64,000 bases of DNA, taken from Verrucomicrobiota bacterium. Lineage in GTDB: Bacteria; Verrucomicrobiota; Verrucomicrobiia; Palsa-1439. Where the stretch lies: assembly GCA_037127585.1 (NCBI GenBank), contig JBAXYB010000003.1:3248-67247 (forward strand), given 5' to 3'. Below are positions 56,555 through 64,000 of the stretch, in pieces. The first letter of the stretch is position 1, and the number at the start of each line of letters is the position of its first letter. Both the position numbers and the translations under genes were made by a program. The notes beneath the pieces are model-generated. The model ran no database searches. It was not told where the DNA came from and saw nothing but the letters and a program-made list of their open reading frames with translations.

Positions 56555-56892
56555 TGGCCGACAACATTTTCGCCAAGATCATCGCCAAGCAGATTCCGGC
56601 AACCATCGTGTTCGAGGACGACCGGGTGCTGGCGTTTCGCGACGTCAACCCGCAAGCGCCCGTCCACATTCTCGTCGTCCCGAAACCGGACATTGCCAAT
56701 GTCAGCGCGACCCGGGATGAAGTGATGCTGGGGCACTTGTTGACTGTGGCGGCGGACATTGCCCGCCAAGAGGGGATTGATTCGACAGGCTACCGGCTGG
56801 TCATAAACAAAGGGCGCGATGCCGGCGAGAGTGTTCCCCATTTGCACGTTCATTTGCTTGGCGGACGTTCCCTGAACTGGCCGCCCGGCTGA
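56554..56892 (+). CDS. HIT family (histidine triad) nucleotide-binding protein
   Basis: MADNIFAKII...VPHLHVHLLGG histidine triad. Confidence 0.85.
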   Translation: MADNIFAKIIAKQIPATIVFEDDRVLAFRDVNPQAPVHILVVPKPDIANVSATRDEVMLGHLLTVAADIARQEGIDSTGYRLVINKGRDAGESVPHLHVHLLGGRSLNWPPG

Positions 56893-58373
56893 TGATTCTC
56901 TTCGAAGATAAGCACCTGCTGGTCGTCAACAAACCGTCCGGCATCAATACGCACAAACCGGACAAGTACACGCCCGACGGCTTGCACGAATGGCTGCTCA
57001 AGCGCGGCCATAAACTTTCCATCCTCCACCGGCTCGACAAGGATACCTCGGGTGTTCTCGTGTTTGGCAAGAGCACGTTGGCGAATCAATCTCTCGCCAA
57101 GCAGTTCGAGAAGCACAAAATCAAAAAGGAATACCTTTTCCTCTCCGCGAGCCGGCCGAAGCGGCACCGGTTTTGTGAGGAAGGACCCAATGAGCAGACG
57201 TGGTTCGAGTACGTGTCGCCGGTGGGCGAGAATCATCTCCTCAAAGCCGAACCCGTCACCGGTAAGACGCATCAGATCCGCCGGCACTCGGCGTATTGTA
57301 AGTTTCCGGTCTTGGGCGACACCAAGTACGGTGACATGCCGGCCCCGCGGCTGATGTTGCATGCCCACCGGATTACGTTTACGCATCCGGCCAGTGGTGA
57401 ACTGGTGACGTTTTCGGCGAGCATACCGGCCGTGTTTGAAGATTTGGATGCGTTGACGGCAGCGCGTGAGTTTCGCGAGCTGTTGTTCGATCCGGCGGAG
57501 ACCAATGCGTACCGGCTCGTGAGCGGGGCGGCTGATGGATTGCCGGACGTGATTGTTGATTCGTATGCCGGTCGGTTTTTTGTGCAGCGGTTGTCGGAAA
57601 CAGCCAAACCCCCTCACCTTAATCCTCTCCCCCGGAGGGGAGAGGAGACCGGCGAGGGGGAGTTCTGCGTGTATGATCAACTCGCAACGAAACAGACGCG
57701 CACGCCGGCCCAGTGCATTCAGGGCGCGGCGGTCGCGGAACGGTTCCCGATCCGCGAGAACGGCGTGACTTATCTCATCAACTTCGGCGAAGGCTTGTCG
57801 ACCGGCATCTTTCTCGATCAACGCGAAAATCGCCGGCGACTCTTGAACATGCCGCTGGCCGGTAAGCGGGTGCTAAATTGTTTTTCATACACGTGCGCGT
57901 TCTCCGTTGCGGCGGCGAAGGCGGGGGCGGTGACGACCAGCATTGATCTGTCGCGAAAGTATCTCGACTGGGGGAAGGAAAACTTCCGCGTGAATAATCT
58001 TGATCCTGAGAAACACGATTTCGTTTACGGCGATGTGTTCGAATGGCTCAGGAAGTTCGTGAAGCGTGGCGACCGGTGGGACATGGTGCTGATCGATCCG
58101 CCGACGTTCGCGACGACGAAGAAAGGCCGGGCGTTTCGGGCGGAGCGTGATTACGAGGAACTGGCGGCGTTGGCCATGCCGTTAGTGGTGCCGGGTGGGG
58201 CGCTGTTTTGTTCGACGAATCAGCGGACTTTGTCGCCGGAGAATTTCGAGCGGGCGATTCGGTCGACGGAACGCCAGATTACGGCGCTGGAGTTTGAGAC
58301 GTTGCCTTTTGATTATCGGGTGGCGGAGGGGGAGCACCCGTACTTGAAGACGCTGTGGGCAACCCTGGAATAG
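56892..58373 (+). CDS. fusion of RluA-family pseudouridine synthase and RlmI-like class I SAM rRNA methyltransferase
   Basis: N-terminus: HRLDKDTSGVLVFGKS (RluA catalytic Asp motif). C-terminus: YRLVSGAADGLPDVIVDSYAGRFFVQ and VLNCFSYTCAFS...LIDPPTFA (RlmI/YccW-like). In-frame palindromic insert at 57615-57647 in the linker. Confidence 0.7.
   Translation: MILFEDKHLLVVNKPSGINTHKPDKYTPDGLHEWLLKRGHKLSILHRLDKDTSGVLVFGKSTLANQSLAKQFEKHKIKKEYLFLSASRPKRHRFCEEGPNEQTWFEYVSPVGENHLLKAEPVTGKTHQIRRHSAYCKFPVLGDTKYGDMPAPRLMLHAHRITFTHPASGELVTFSASIPAVFEDLDALTAAREFRELLFDPAETNAYRLVSGAADGLPDVIVDSYAGRFFVQRLSETAKPPHLNPLPRRGEETGEGEFCVYDQLATKQTRTPAQCIQGAAVAERFPIRENGVTYLINFGEGLSTGIFLDQRENRRRLLNMPLAGKRVLNCFSYTCAFSVAAAKAGAVTTSIDLSRKYLDWGKENFRVNNLDPEKHDFVYGDVFEWLRKFVKRGDRWDMVLIDPPTFATTKKGRAFRAERDYEELAALAMPLVVPGGALFCSTNQRTLSPENFERAIRSTERQITALEFETLPFDYRVAEGEHPYLKTLWATLE
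57615..57647 (+). repeat. second copy of the small palindromic element, in-frame in the RluA-RlmI fusion gene
   Basis: CACCTTAATCCTCTCCCCCGGAGGGGAGAGGAG, with a 9-bp stem CCTCTCCCC/GGGGAGAGG. Encodes HLNPLPRRGEE in the same relative frame as the copy at 47167. Confidence 0.6.
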
Positions 58374-60081
58374 ACGCCCACGGAATCTGCGCCAAGAGTG
58401 GTTGCGCGGCCCCGATGCCACCGGCCAGCGCGACGATGTAGGTCAGCGGTTTCCCAATCGGCGAGTACGTGGTCGTCGTTGAAGCCTTGGCGCCTTCCAC
58501 GGTGGTGGAAACATACGGCCCGAGGTGGCGCATGATGGTCTCCGGTTGCGGGAGCTTGTTCCAGGCGATGAAACTGTCGGTGTTGGTGGCAGTGGCGTGC
58601 GCGAGCGTGTAGAGGCCGCCCATGACTTTTCGCAGATCACAGTACGTGAACGATGAGCCTCCGGTCGGAACGCGTTGCGCGACGCTCTTGAACTCGGCGG
58701 AGTCGGCCAGCGACGTCGTGCCGGACTTGATCTGGGTGATGATTTCTTTCGCGTAATCGGGCGTCAACGCGAGGACGAAGTATTTTTCCGTCAACACGTA
58801 CGTCGGCGCAGCGTAACTGCTCCCGGTGCGGATGACGTGCAAGGTTTCGCCGGCATGCGTGATGTCATCGGTGCGCTCGACGGTCTTCTTGATCGTCTCG
58901 ACAATGGTGTCAAACTTTGTGATCGGGTCTTTCACTTCGGCGACCAACGCGAAGTCAGGGGACCGGGCGCCGGATCGCCAATTGCCGATGTAAGCGACTT
59001 CTGGCCCGAGGTGCGTCAGGAAATCGTCACTGAGCCGTACGCCGGCATCGGAGAGATACTTATCGAGGTCGCCGCCGATTTTCAGGGCCGTGGGATTGCC
59101 GGAGCGGGCGAGGGCTTCCATCAACTTCGTGAAGCCGCCGGCCAGATCAGTCGACTGCACGGCGTACAATGCGGAGTCCCCCGGGGCGACGGCCAGCGTG
59201 CTCTGTTGAATCGGCGGGTCAGGTTGGTGGTCTTTGGAGTACGTGATGATGCTGGAGTCCGTGAGGCCGGCGCCATCGAAATTCACGGCGACGGTGGTCG
59301 CTTGAATGTTCCCGAGACTTTCGAGCATCGGACTGCCTTGGGCGGCCATCAGTAGCAGCATGCCGTATTGACTGAAGAGTTGTTCCATGTTGATGAAGGC
59401 GTGGCCCGCGCTGTTCTTTGGTAAGCGCTGGATGGCGTTTTGGAAACGCATGCTGCCGGCCAACGAGACTGCCTCCGGTAACGCATTGCGAGTGAAGCGG
59501 GTAATCATGTCGCGCATCTGCTCCTCGTCAGTCGTGCCGACTAACAGCGTGCCGAGAAATCCATAGCAGAATTGCGCCGCCGGACTGGCATGCACCACCG
59601 TATAGTCAATGCTCAGATAGTTTTTCTTTTCGAGCGTGGCGGCCGGGTTGTACTTCGCCAGTTGGTGCTCATAAACTTTCAGATATGCGAACGCCTGGAC
59701 CTTGTGCAATTTACAATCGATGCCGACGGCCCCGCCGACCTCGGTCTTCGGAGTCGCGGCAAACCGAGTGATGGCGACGAACACTTCGCCTTGCGGCAAG
59801 GCGAGCGCCTCTTCCCAGCGTTCTTTCTTCAATCCGCCTTGCACTGCCGCGAGTGGCTTCTGAAGGAACGCTTGCACCTCCGGCTCGGCCCACAACGCTG
59901 CCAACGGCGTGCCGCGCAACTGCTCCCGGGCGGCCTGAAAATCCGGTGCGTCCACAAACAGGAGAGTGCTCTCCGGTAACAGTTCAGCGCCGGCGGGAGA
60001 ACGTCCACCCCGATTAAAAATTAGGATGGCGGCGGCGACGATCAACGTCAGCGCGATGAAGATGAGTAAAACTTTTTTCAT
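58279..60081 (-). CDS. hypothetical secreted/membrane-anchored protein (DUF3352-like?)
   Basis: MKKVLLIFIALTLIVAAAILIF N-terminal anchor. ~600 aa with a Pro-rich C-terminal tail. Family assignment is tentative. Confidence 0.45.
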   Translation of the reverse strand: MKKVLLIFIALTLIVAAAILIFNRGGRSPAGAELLPESTLLFVDAPDFQAAREQLRGTPLAALWAEPEVQAFLQKPLAAVQGGLKKERWEEALALPQGEVFVAITRFAATPKTEVGGAVGIDCKLHKVQAFAYLKVYEHQLAKYNPAATLEKKNYLSIDYTVVHASPAAQFCYGFLGTLLVGTTDEEQMRDMITRFTRNALPEAVSLAGSMRFQNAIQRLPKNSAGHAFINMEQLFSQYGMLLLMAAQGSPMLESLGNIQATTVAVNFDGAGLTDSSIITYSKDHQPDPPIQQSTLAVAPGDSALYAVQSTDLAGGFTKLMEALARSGNPTALKIGGDLDKYLSDAGVRLSDDFLTHLGPEVAYIGNWRSGARSPDFALVAEVKDPITKFDTIVETIKKTVERTDDITHAGETLHVIRTGSSYAAPTYVLTEKYFVLALTPDYAKEIITQIKSGTTSLADSAEFKSVAQRVPTGGSSFTYCDLRKVMGGLYTLAHATATNTDSFIAWNKLPQPETIMRHLGPYVSTTVEGAKASTTTTYSPIGKPLTYIVALAGGIGAAQPLLAQIPWASIPGLPTASSSTGAPPPPPDNQKATSQTPAP

Positions 60082-60116
60082 GAGCGCGCGGATGCTATGC
60101 GTCGAACGGGAGGGCG

Positions 60117-60527
60117 TCAAGCTTGCGGCGGGATCGGCGAATGGGTGCCGCGGGTTCGCCAGTAGTATTCGAGGCCCACACTCATGCCGTTTCGATGGGG
60201 CAATGTGAAAATGAAGCCACTGATCAGAGCGCCGACCAACCCATAGAACCAGACTGAATACGGATTATAGACGCGAAAATAGATGATCACGATCAATGGG
60301 AAAATAAACAGTGCGCGGTCGATCAATAGCAAATAAGCCCAGAGATCGCCTTGGTTCTGGAGATATTGCAGGTCGCACGCAGGACACCGGTCATGCAATG
60401 TGATCCACTTCTTGAACAATGCGCCGGCACCACACCGTGGGCATTTCCGCTGCGCCCCACGCCAGAGTACCGACTTTAATGTTGGATGCGTGTCCTGCAC
60501 TCGCCAATTGTAACATGGTTGCCCCAT
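60117..60527 (-). CDS. DUF983 family membrane protein
   Basis: CPRCGAGALF...CPACDLQY zinc-ribbon followed by two TM helices, the DUF983 architecture. Confidence 0.65.
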   Translation of the reverse strand: MGQPCYNWRVQDTHPTLKSVLWRGAQRKCPRCGAGALFKKWITLHDRCPACDLQYLQNQGDLWAYLLLIDRALFIFPLIVIIYFRVYNPYSVWFYGLVGALISGFIFTLPHRNGMSVGLEYYWRTRGTHSPIPPQA

Positions 60528-60618
60528 GGGCTTGGTTATAAAACAGGTTTGAAACGGAAGCGCCCGGTAATCCTCAGGGGATTACCGGGCGCCTAGAAAC
60601 TCGGCCGGTCAGGGTTCT

Positions 60619-61368
60619 TTACTTCCCGTTGCCGTGCCCATGGCCATTGCCGTTGCCATTACCATTCCCCTGGCCGCCTTGACCCTTTTTGCCTTTGGAA
60701 TGGGGCACGAGAACCGCCACCGATTTGGACGATGAGTTGCCGCTCGCATCCGTGCTGGTAATCGTGATCGTGTAGATGCGGCCATTGCCGGGACCTGCCC
60801 GTTCCGCGCGCAACAAGACCTTGTGATCATTGAGCACTTCCCAATCGGGGCTGAAGTTGCCATCGCCAATGCTGTCCACCGACTCGTCACTTTAGATGCT
60901 CAAGGTCGTCGTCGTCTCGCCGTCACAATTATCAACGATGTCGTAGTTCACGGTGACCGGCACCATCTTATGGTTGGGCGGCCACAAGAGCGACTTGCTG
61001 AGGTTGACGTTCGTGATCGCTGGCGCTTCCGCGTCGACAACCGTGATGGTGAAGATGCAGGAGGTGGTATTGGTATTCGCATCGGTAACGGTGCAGAGCA
61101 CGGTATTAGTTCCGACTGGGAAGGTTGCGCCGGAAGCTGGAACCGTCGTCACAGTAATCGGCAATGCTGCGCCGGTCACAATGGGCGCGGAGTAGGCAAC
61201 GCTGGCCGAGCAGACGCCGGGATCATTTGACACCGTAATGTCCGCGGGGCAAGTAATGGCCAGTTGGGCAAAGACCGGAGAAGCAATTCCCGCCAGAATT
61301 GTCAGCAGGACGGTGGCGACAAATTGCCTGACTGTTGGTTTACAGGACTCGATAGTTACTGAACGCAT
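60619..61368 (-). pseudogene. HYR-domain surface protein interrupted by a single in-frame TAA (60892-60894); downstream 60619-60891 continues in the same frame
   Basis: The two ORF-track entries (60892-61368 and 60619-60879) are in the same frame, separated only by one TAA. The downstream part encodes a beta-rich domain and a G/N/H-rich tail. Confidence 0.4.
60892..61368 (-). CDS. secreted HYR (hyalin repeat) domain protein, N-terminal segment ending at in-frame TAA
   Basis: Signal peptide, then CPADITVSNDPGVCSASVAYSAPIVTGAA...TFPVGTNTVLCTVTDANTNTTSCIFTITVVD, an HYR domain. Confidence 0.65.
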   Translation of the reverse strand: MRSVTIESCKPTVRQFVATVLLTILAGIASPVFAQLAITCPADITVSNDPGVCSASVAYSAPIVTGAALPITVTTVPASGATFPVGTNTVLCTVTDANTNTTSCIFTITVVDAEAPAITNVNLSKSLLWPPNHKMVPVTVNYDIVDNCDGETTTTLSI

Positions 61369-61557
61369 AGTGAGAACCTCCGTGTGTACTGATTGTTATG
61401 TTTTGAGTGACTACGCCGCGAGGCGGAGTCCTTGCACGGTTGGTTTGTAGGCCATTGCCGACGACTTGTCAACCTTGTAATCCATATAATATAAGGCCTG
61501 CAAGTCAGTCAAACGCCGGTTGCCAAAGCGGGCCAGATGCGGTAGTTACCTTGCCAA

Positions 61558-62313
61558 ATGACCAGCTTCAAGCATTTTACTTTCGTTCTCCTGGCTTGGG
61601 TCGGGGCTGCCCAGGCGCAAATGGGACCGTGCGCGTCGCCCAACGGCCCGCTCTTACCGGATCTAATCGTCGACAAGCGCGCGCTGCGGACGGACCGCTC
61701 GATCACGCAGGAATACATCGCGGCTGATAGTTGTCAGATTATCGAGGGTTGCGTCACGATCTCTGGTTTCCGGCGCTTGCTCCGGTTCACAACCACGACG
61801 CCCAACATCGGTACCACTGCGCTCGTCATTGGCGCGCCAGCGGAATGCTCCCTGTTGTTTCATTTCAGCGAATGCCACGGCCATTACCATCTGGAAGAAT
61901 ACGCGGACTACCGGCTCTGGACTAAGACCGGCTTCCGGATATGGCGACAGCATCGCGACTGGTCCGTACCGGCCTCGGCATCGACCAACCAACTCCTCCT
62001 CGCCACGTTGAGCGATGCCGGCGAGTTGATTACTGGACGTAAGCAAGGCTTCTGCATGCTTGACTCCACGCCGTACATAAAATCGCCGGTGCCGCCGGGT
62101 TTTCATGACTGCATTTCGAATCAAGGCATCAGCGCTGGTTGGGCGGACGTTTACGACAAAGGGCTGGATTGCCAGTTCATTGACGTGACCGGCCTGGCGC
62201 CCGGCCGCTACACGTTGGAGATCGAGGTTAACTCTGACCGGGTTTTACCGGAGAGTGATTACCGGAACAACAGCACCAGCGTGGCGGTTAAGATTCCGCC
62301 CGTGGCGAATTAA
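61558..62313 (+). CDS. secreted lysyl oxidase (LOX) catalytic-domain homologue
   Basis: Signal peptide MTSFKHFTFVLLAWVGAAQA. Copper-binding His motif FHFSECHGHYH (vs WEWHSCHQHYH in animal LOX). KQGFCMLD (LTQ Lys) and ADVYD (LTQ Tyr). C-terminal GLDCQFIDVTGLAPGRYTLEIEVNSDRVLPESDYRNN aligns almost residue-by-residue with human LOX. Confidence 0.8.
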   Translation: MTSFKHFTFVLLAWVGAAQAQMGPCASPNGPLLPDLIVDKRALRTDRSITQEYIAADSCQIIEGCVTISGFRRLLRFTTTTPNIGTTALVIGAPAECSLLFHFSECHGHYHLEEYADYRLWTKTGFRIWRQHRDWSVPASASTNQLLLATLSDAGELITGRKQGFCMLDSTPYIKSPVPPGFHDCISNQGISAGWADVYDKGLDCQFIDVTGLAPGRYTLEIEVNSDRVLPESDYRNNSTSVAVKIPPVAN

Positions 62314-63713
62314 CGTTGCCCCGCGAGCTGGATGTCTTCCCAGCCGCCGCCGAGCGCTTTGTAGAGCGCGATGAGATTGGTGGTCACCGTCCGCTCGCTC
62401 TGGGCGAGATCGTCTTCAGCCCGGTAGAGGGCGCGTCTGACGATGAGCACATCGAGGAAGTTGCTGTTGCCTTTGGAATAGAGCTGATTGGCCAACTCGA
62501 CGGCTTGCCGGTTGGCGGTGACTTGTTCGCGCAACGCGCGCAGCCGCTCCTGTTCTTGCGCGTAATTCACGAGAGCATTCTCGACATCCTCCAGCGACGT
62601 GAGCACGGTCTTTTCGTAGAGGGCCAGCGCCTGTTCTTCGCGAGCATTCGCGGCCTTGATCTGACTGTGAATCCGGCCGATCTCGAGCAACCGCCATGTG
62701 ACCGTCGGCCCCGCTGACCAGTACCGACTGCCACTGGAAAACCAATCGCTAAAACTCAAGCTCTGGAAGCCGCCCGTACCGATCAATGAAAACTTCGGAA
62801 ATAATTCTGCCGTCTCCACACCGATGCGCGCCGTCGTCGAGGCGAGCTGGTGCTCTGCGCGACGAACATCGGCTCGGCGACGCAAAAGGTCGGATGGCAA
62901 GCCGACCGGCACTTCGGGTGGAATGGGGGGGATCGCGTTATCCGGTGACAATTCGGTGATGAGCGCATCCGGTGTTTGCCCGACCAACACGGCCAACCGG
63001 TGCATCGTTTGTTTTGTCGCCCCCTGCAACGTCGGTAACTCGGCCTGCGTGCCGGCTAGTAACGCCGCCGCTTGGGCGACGTCGAGTTTACTGCTGATGC
63101 CACCCTTGAACCGGGCGCGCGTCAATTCGAGTGCAGCTTGTTGCGCCGCGATGTTGTCGCGGGCAATGGCGAGGCGCCGTTGATAGCCGCGCAGTTCGAC
63201 ATAATTGCGCGCGACCTCTGCCAATACGCTCACCAGGACATCACGCCGGTCTTCTTCCGTCGAAGCCAGATTCGCATTCAACACTTCCACGCCACGCCGC
63301 TTGCCGCCAAAAACATCGATCTCCCAGGACGCGTCAAAGTGTGCGTCGTACGTGCTTGTGTGTAATGTGTCGAAGGCGAAGATCTGTGCGTTCGAGCTGA
63401 CTTGAGCATCAATATAGGACGCATTGCCTGTGATAGTCGGTAGGAAATCCCAACGTCCCGCGGTTCGCAGTGCTCTGGATTCGCGTAGCTGACCGGCGGC
63501 GATGCGGAGGTCGTGATTGGCTTTCACGGCGCGCTCGATCAACGAATCGAGTTCGGGATCGTTGAACGTCTTCCACCACTTCGCCAATTTCGTCGGGCTG
63601 TTGGTCGTGCCGCCGGTCGTGGGCTCCGTCCAATTGGCTGGGAGCTTGGTTTTCGGCGGGTGATAGTCCGGTCCGACTGCGCAGCCCGTAAATAGAAGTG
63701 CAACCAAGAGCAA
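62310..63713 (-). CDS. RND efflux outer-membrane factor lipoprotein (NodT family)
   Basis: Lipobox LLVALLFTGC-AVGPDYHPP, typical of NodT OMFs. Two TolC-like repeats. The ORF-track N-terminus (MRHSPGRAV...) is rejected because it translates the REP element. Probable TTG start at 63713. Confidence 0.75.
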   Translation of the reverse strand: MLLVALLFTGCAVGPDYHPPKTKLPANWTEPTTGGTTNSPTKLAKWWKTFNDPELDSLIERAVKANHDLRIAAGQLRESRALRTAGRWDFLPTITGNASYIDAQVSSNAQIFAFDTLHTSTYDAHFDASWEIDVFGGKRRGVEVLNANLASTEEDRRDVLVSVLAEVARNYVELRGYQRRLAIARDNIAAQQAALELTRARFKGGISSKLDVAQAAALLAGTQAELPTLQGATKQTMHRLAVLVGQTPDALITELSPDNAIPPIPPEVPVGLPSDLLRRRADVRRAEHQLASTTARIGVETAELFPKFSLIGTGGFQSLSFSDWFSSGSRYWSAGPTVTWRLLEIGRIHSQIKAANAREEQALALYEKTVLTSLEDVENALVNYAQEQERLRALREQVTANRQAVELANQLYSKGNSNFLDVLIVRRALYRAEDDLAQSERTVTTNLIALYKALGGGWEDIQLAGQR

Positions 63714-63715
63714 CC

Positions 63716-63785
63716 GGTAGGGACGGCGCGCCGCGCCGTCCGAATCCGTTGTCAATCGCGGCGGTCGCGGCGCAACCGCCCTACC
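63716..63785. repeat. 70-bp REP-like palindromic repeat element, copy B (intergenic between RND pump and OMF genes)
   Basis: First 28 nt identical to copy A (53091). Terminal inverted repeat GGTAGGG...CCCTACC. Internal palindrome GGACGGCGCG-C-CGCGCCGTCC. Confidence 0.7.
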
Positions 63786-63796
63786 GGGGCTATGCC

Positions 63797-64000
63797 TCAT
63801 AGCGCCGCTTCCTCCGGAATTTCAGCATATTCGGGAGCGGGATTCTTCGCCCGGTCGCGGGCGATCACCATGTAGATCGACGGCAAGATGAAGAGCGTGA
63901 ACAAAGTCCCAATCGCCATACCGGTGACGAGGACGGTGCCGATGCTGTTGCGCGAACCGGCACCGGGGCCTGTCGCCAGGACGAGCGGGAAATGGCCGGC
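63797..64000 (-). CDS. RND family efflux transporter permease (AcrB-like), C-terminal end only (5' part outside window)
   Basis: Reverse-strand translation ...SIGTVLVTGMAIGTLFTLFILPSIYMVIARDRAKN* matches the last TM helix of AcrB/MdtC-type pumps. Confidence 0.7.
   Translation of the reverse strand, partial: AGHFPLVLATGPGAGSRNSIGTVLVTGMAIGTLFTLFILPSIYMVIARDRAKNPAPEYAEIPEEAAL

Noticed and set aside
62310-63800. ORF-track N-terminus MRHSPGRAVAPRPPRLTTDSDGAARRPY of the OMF gene
   Set aside because: Codons 5-27 are a translation of the 70-bp REP-like repeat, and the ATG overlaps the acrB-like stop. The lipoprotein signal (LLVALLFTGC) begins right after the repeat.
1-64000. CRISPR arrays, rRNA genes, transposases/integrases, prophage genes
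   Set aside because: I scanned for regularly spaced direct repeats, rRNA-like conserved blocks and DDE/tyrosine-recombinase motifs and saw none. The only repeats are the 70-bp REP-like element (2 copies), the 33-nt in-frame palindromes (2 copies) and isolated hairpins.

Overview
GC-rich (~60%) chromosomal segment, probably from a PVC-superphylum bacterium, most likely Verrucomicrobiota. The lineage hints are a PEP-CTERM protein, a DUF1800/DUF1501 gene pair, and several signal-peptide HEAT-repeat proteins. Coding density is high. Most of the long ORFs in the six-frame track are antisense artefacts of the GC-rich sequence and are not reported. Genes I recognise from the sequence itself: thrS (partial), a Gfo/Idh/MocA oxidoreductase, recQ, recO, lpxA, a CysM / Mec+(JAMM) / CysO-MoeZ sulfur-carrier cysteine module preceded by tRNA-Ala(CGC), SUI1, a ParDE toxin-antitoxin pair, leuA with a Leu-rich leader-peptide attenuator, an ABC-2 transporter operon with a large auxiliary protein and a HEAT-repeat protein, ccsB-ccsA cytochrome c biogenesis genes, an SRAP peptidase, cstA, rhamnose catabolic genes (class II aldolase, rhaA), an acyl-CoA ligase-ACP-acyltransferase fusion, nrdR, a HIT protein, an RluA-RlmI fusion, an HYR-domain surface protein, a lysyl-oxidase homologue, and an RND efflux pair (OMF plus the acrB C-terminus). 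The most interesting candidate novel system is a 7-gene cluster (7.4-15.7 kb). It encodes an ExbB/MotA-like proton channel with a ~300-aa coiled-coil extension, two ExbD/TolR paralogs, a membrane-anchored protein, and secreted HEAT-repeat and Cys-rich proteins, with no TonB. Other notable items are an in-frame CysO(MoaD)-MoeZ-rhodanese fusion next to a JAMM protease, a bacterial lysyl oxidase, a leu attenuator, palindromic repeat elements inserted in-frame in two genes, and a 70-bp REP-like dispersed repeat. No CRISPR arrays, rRNAs or obvious transposases were seen.
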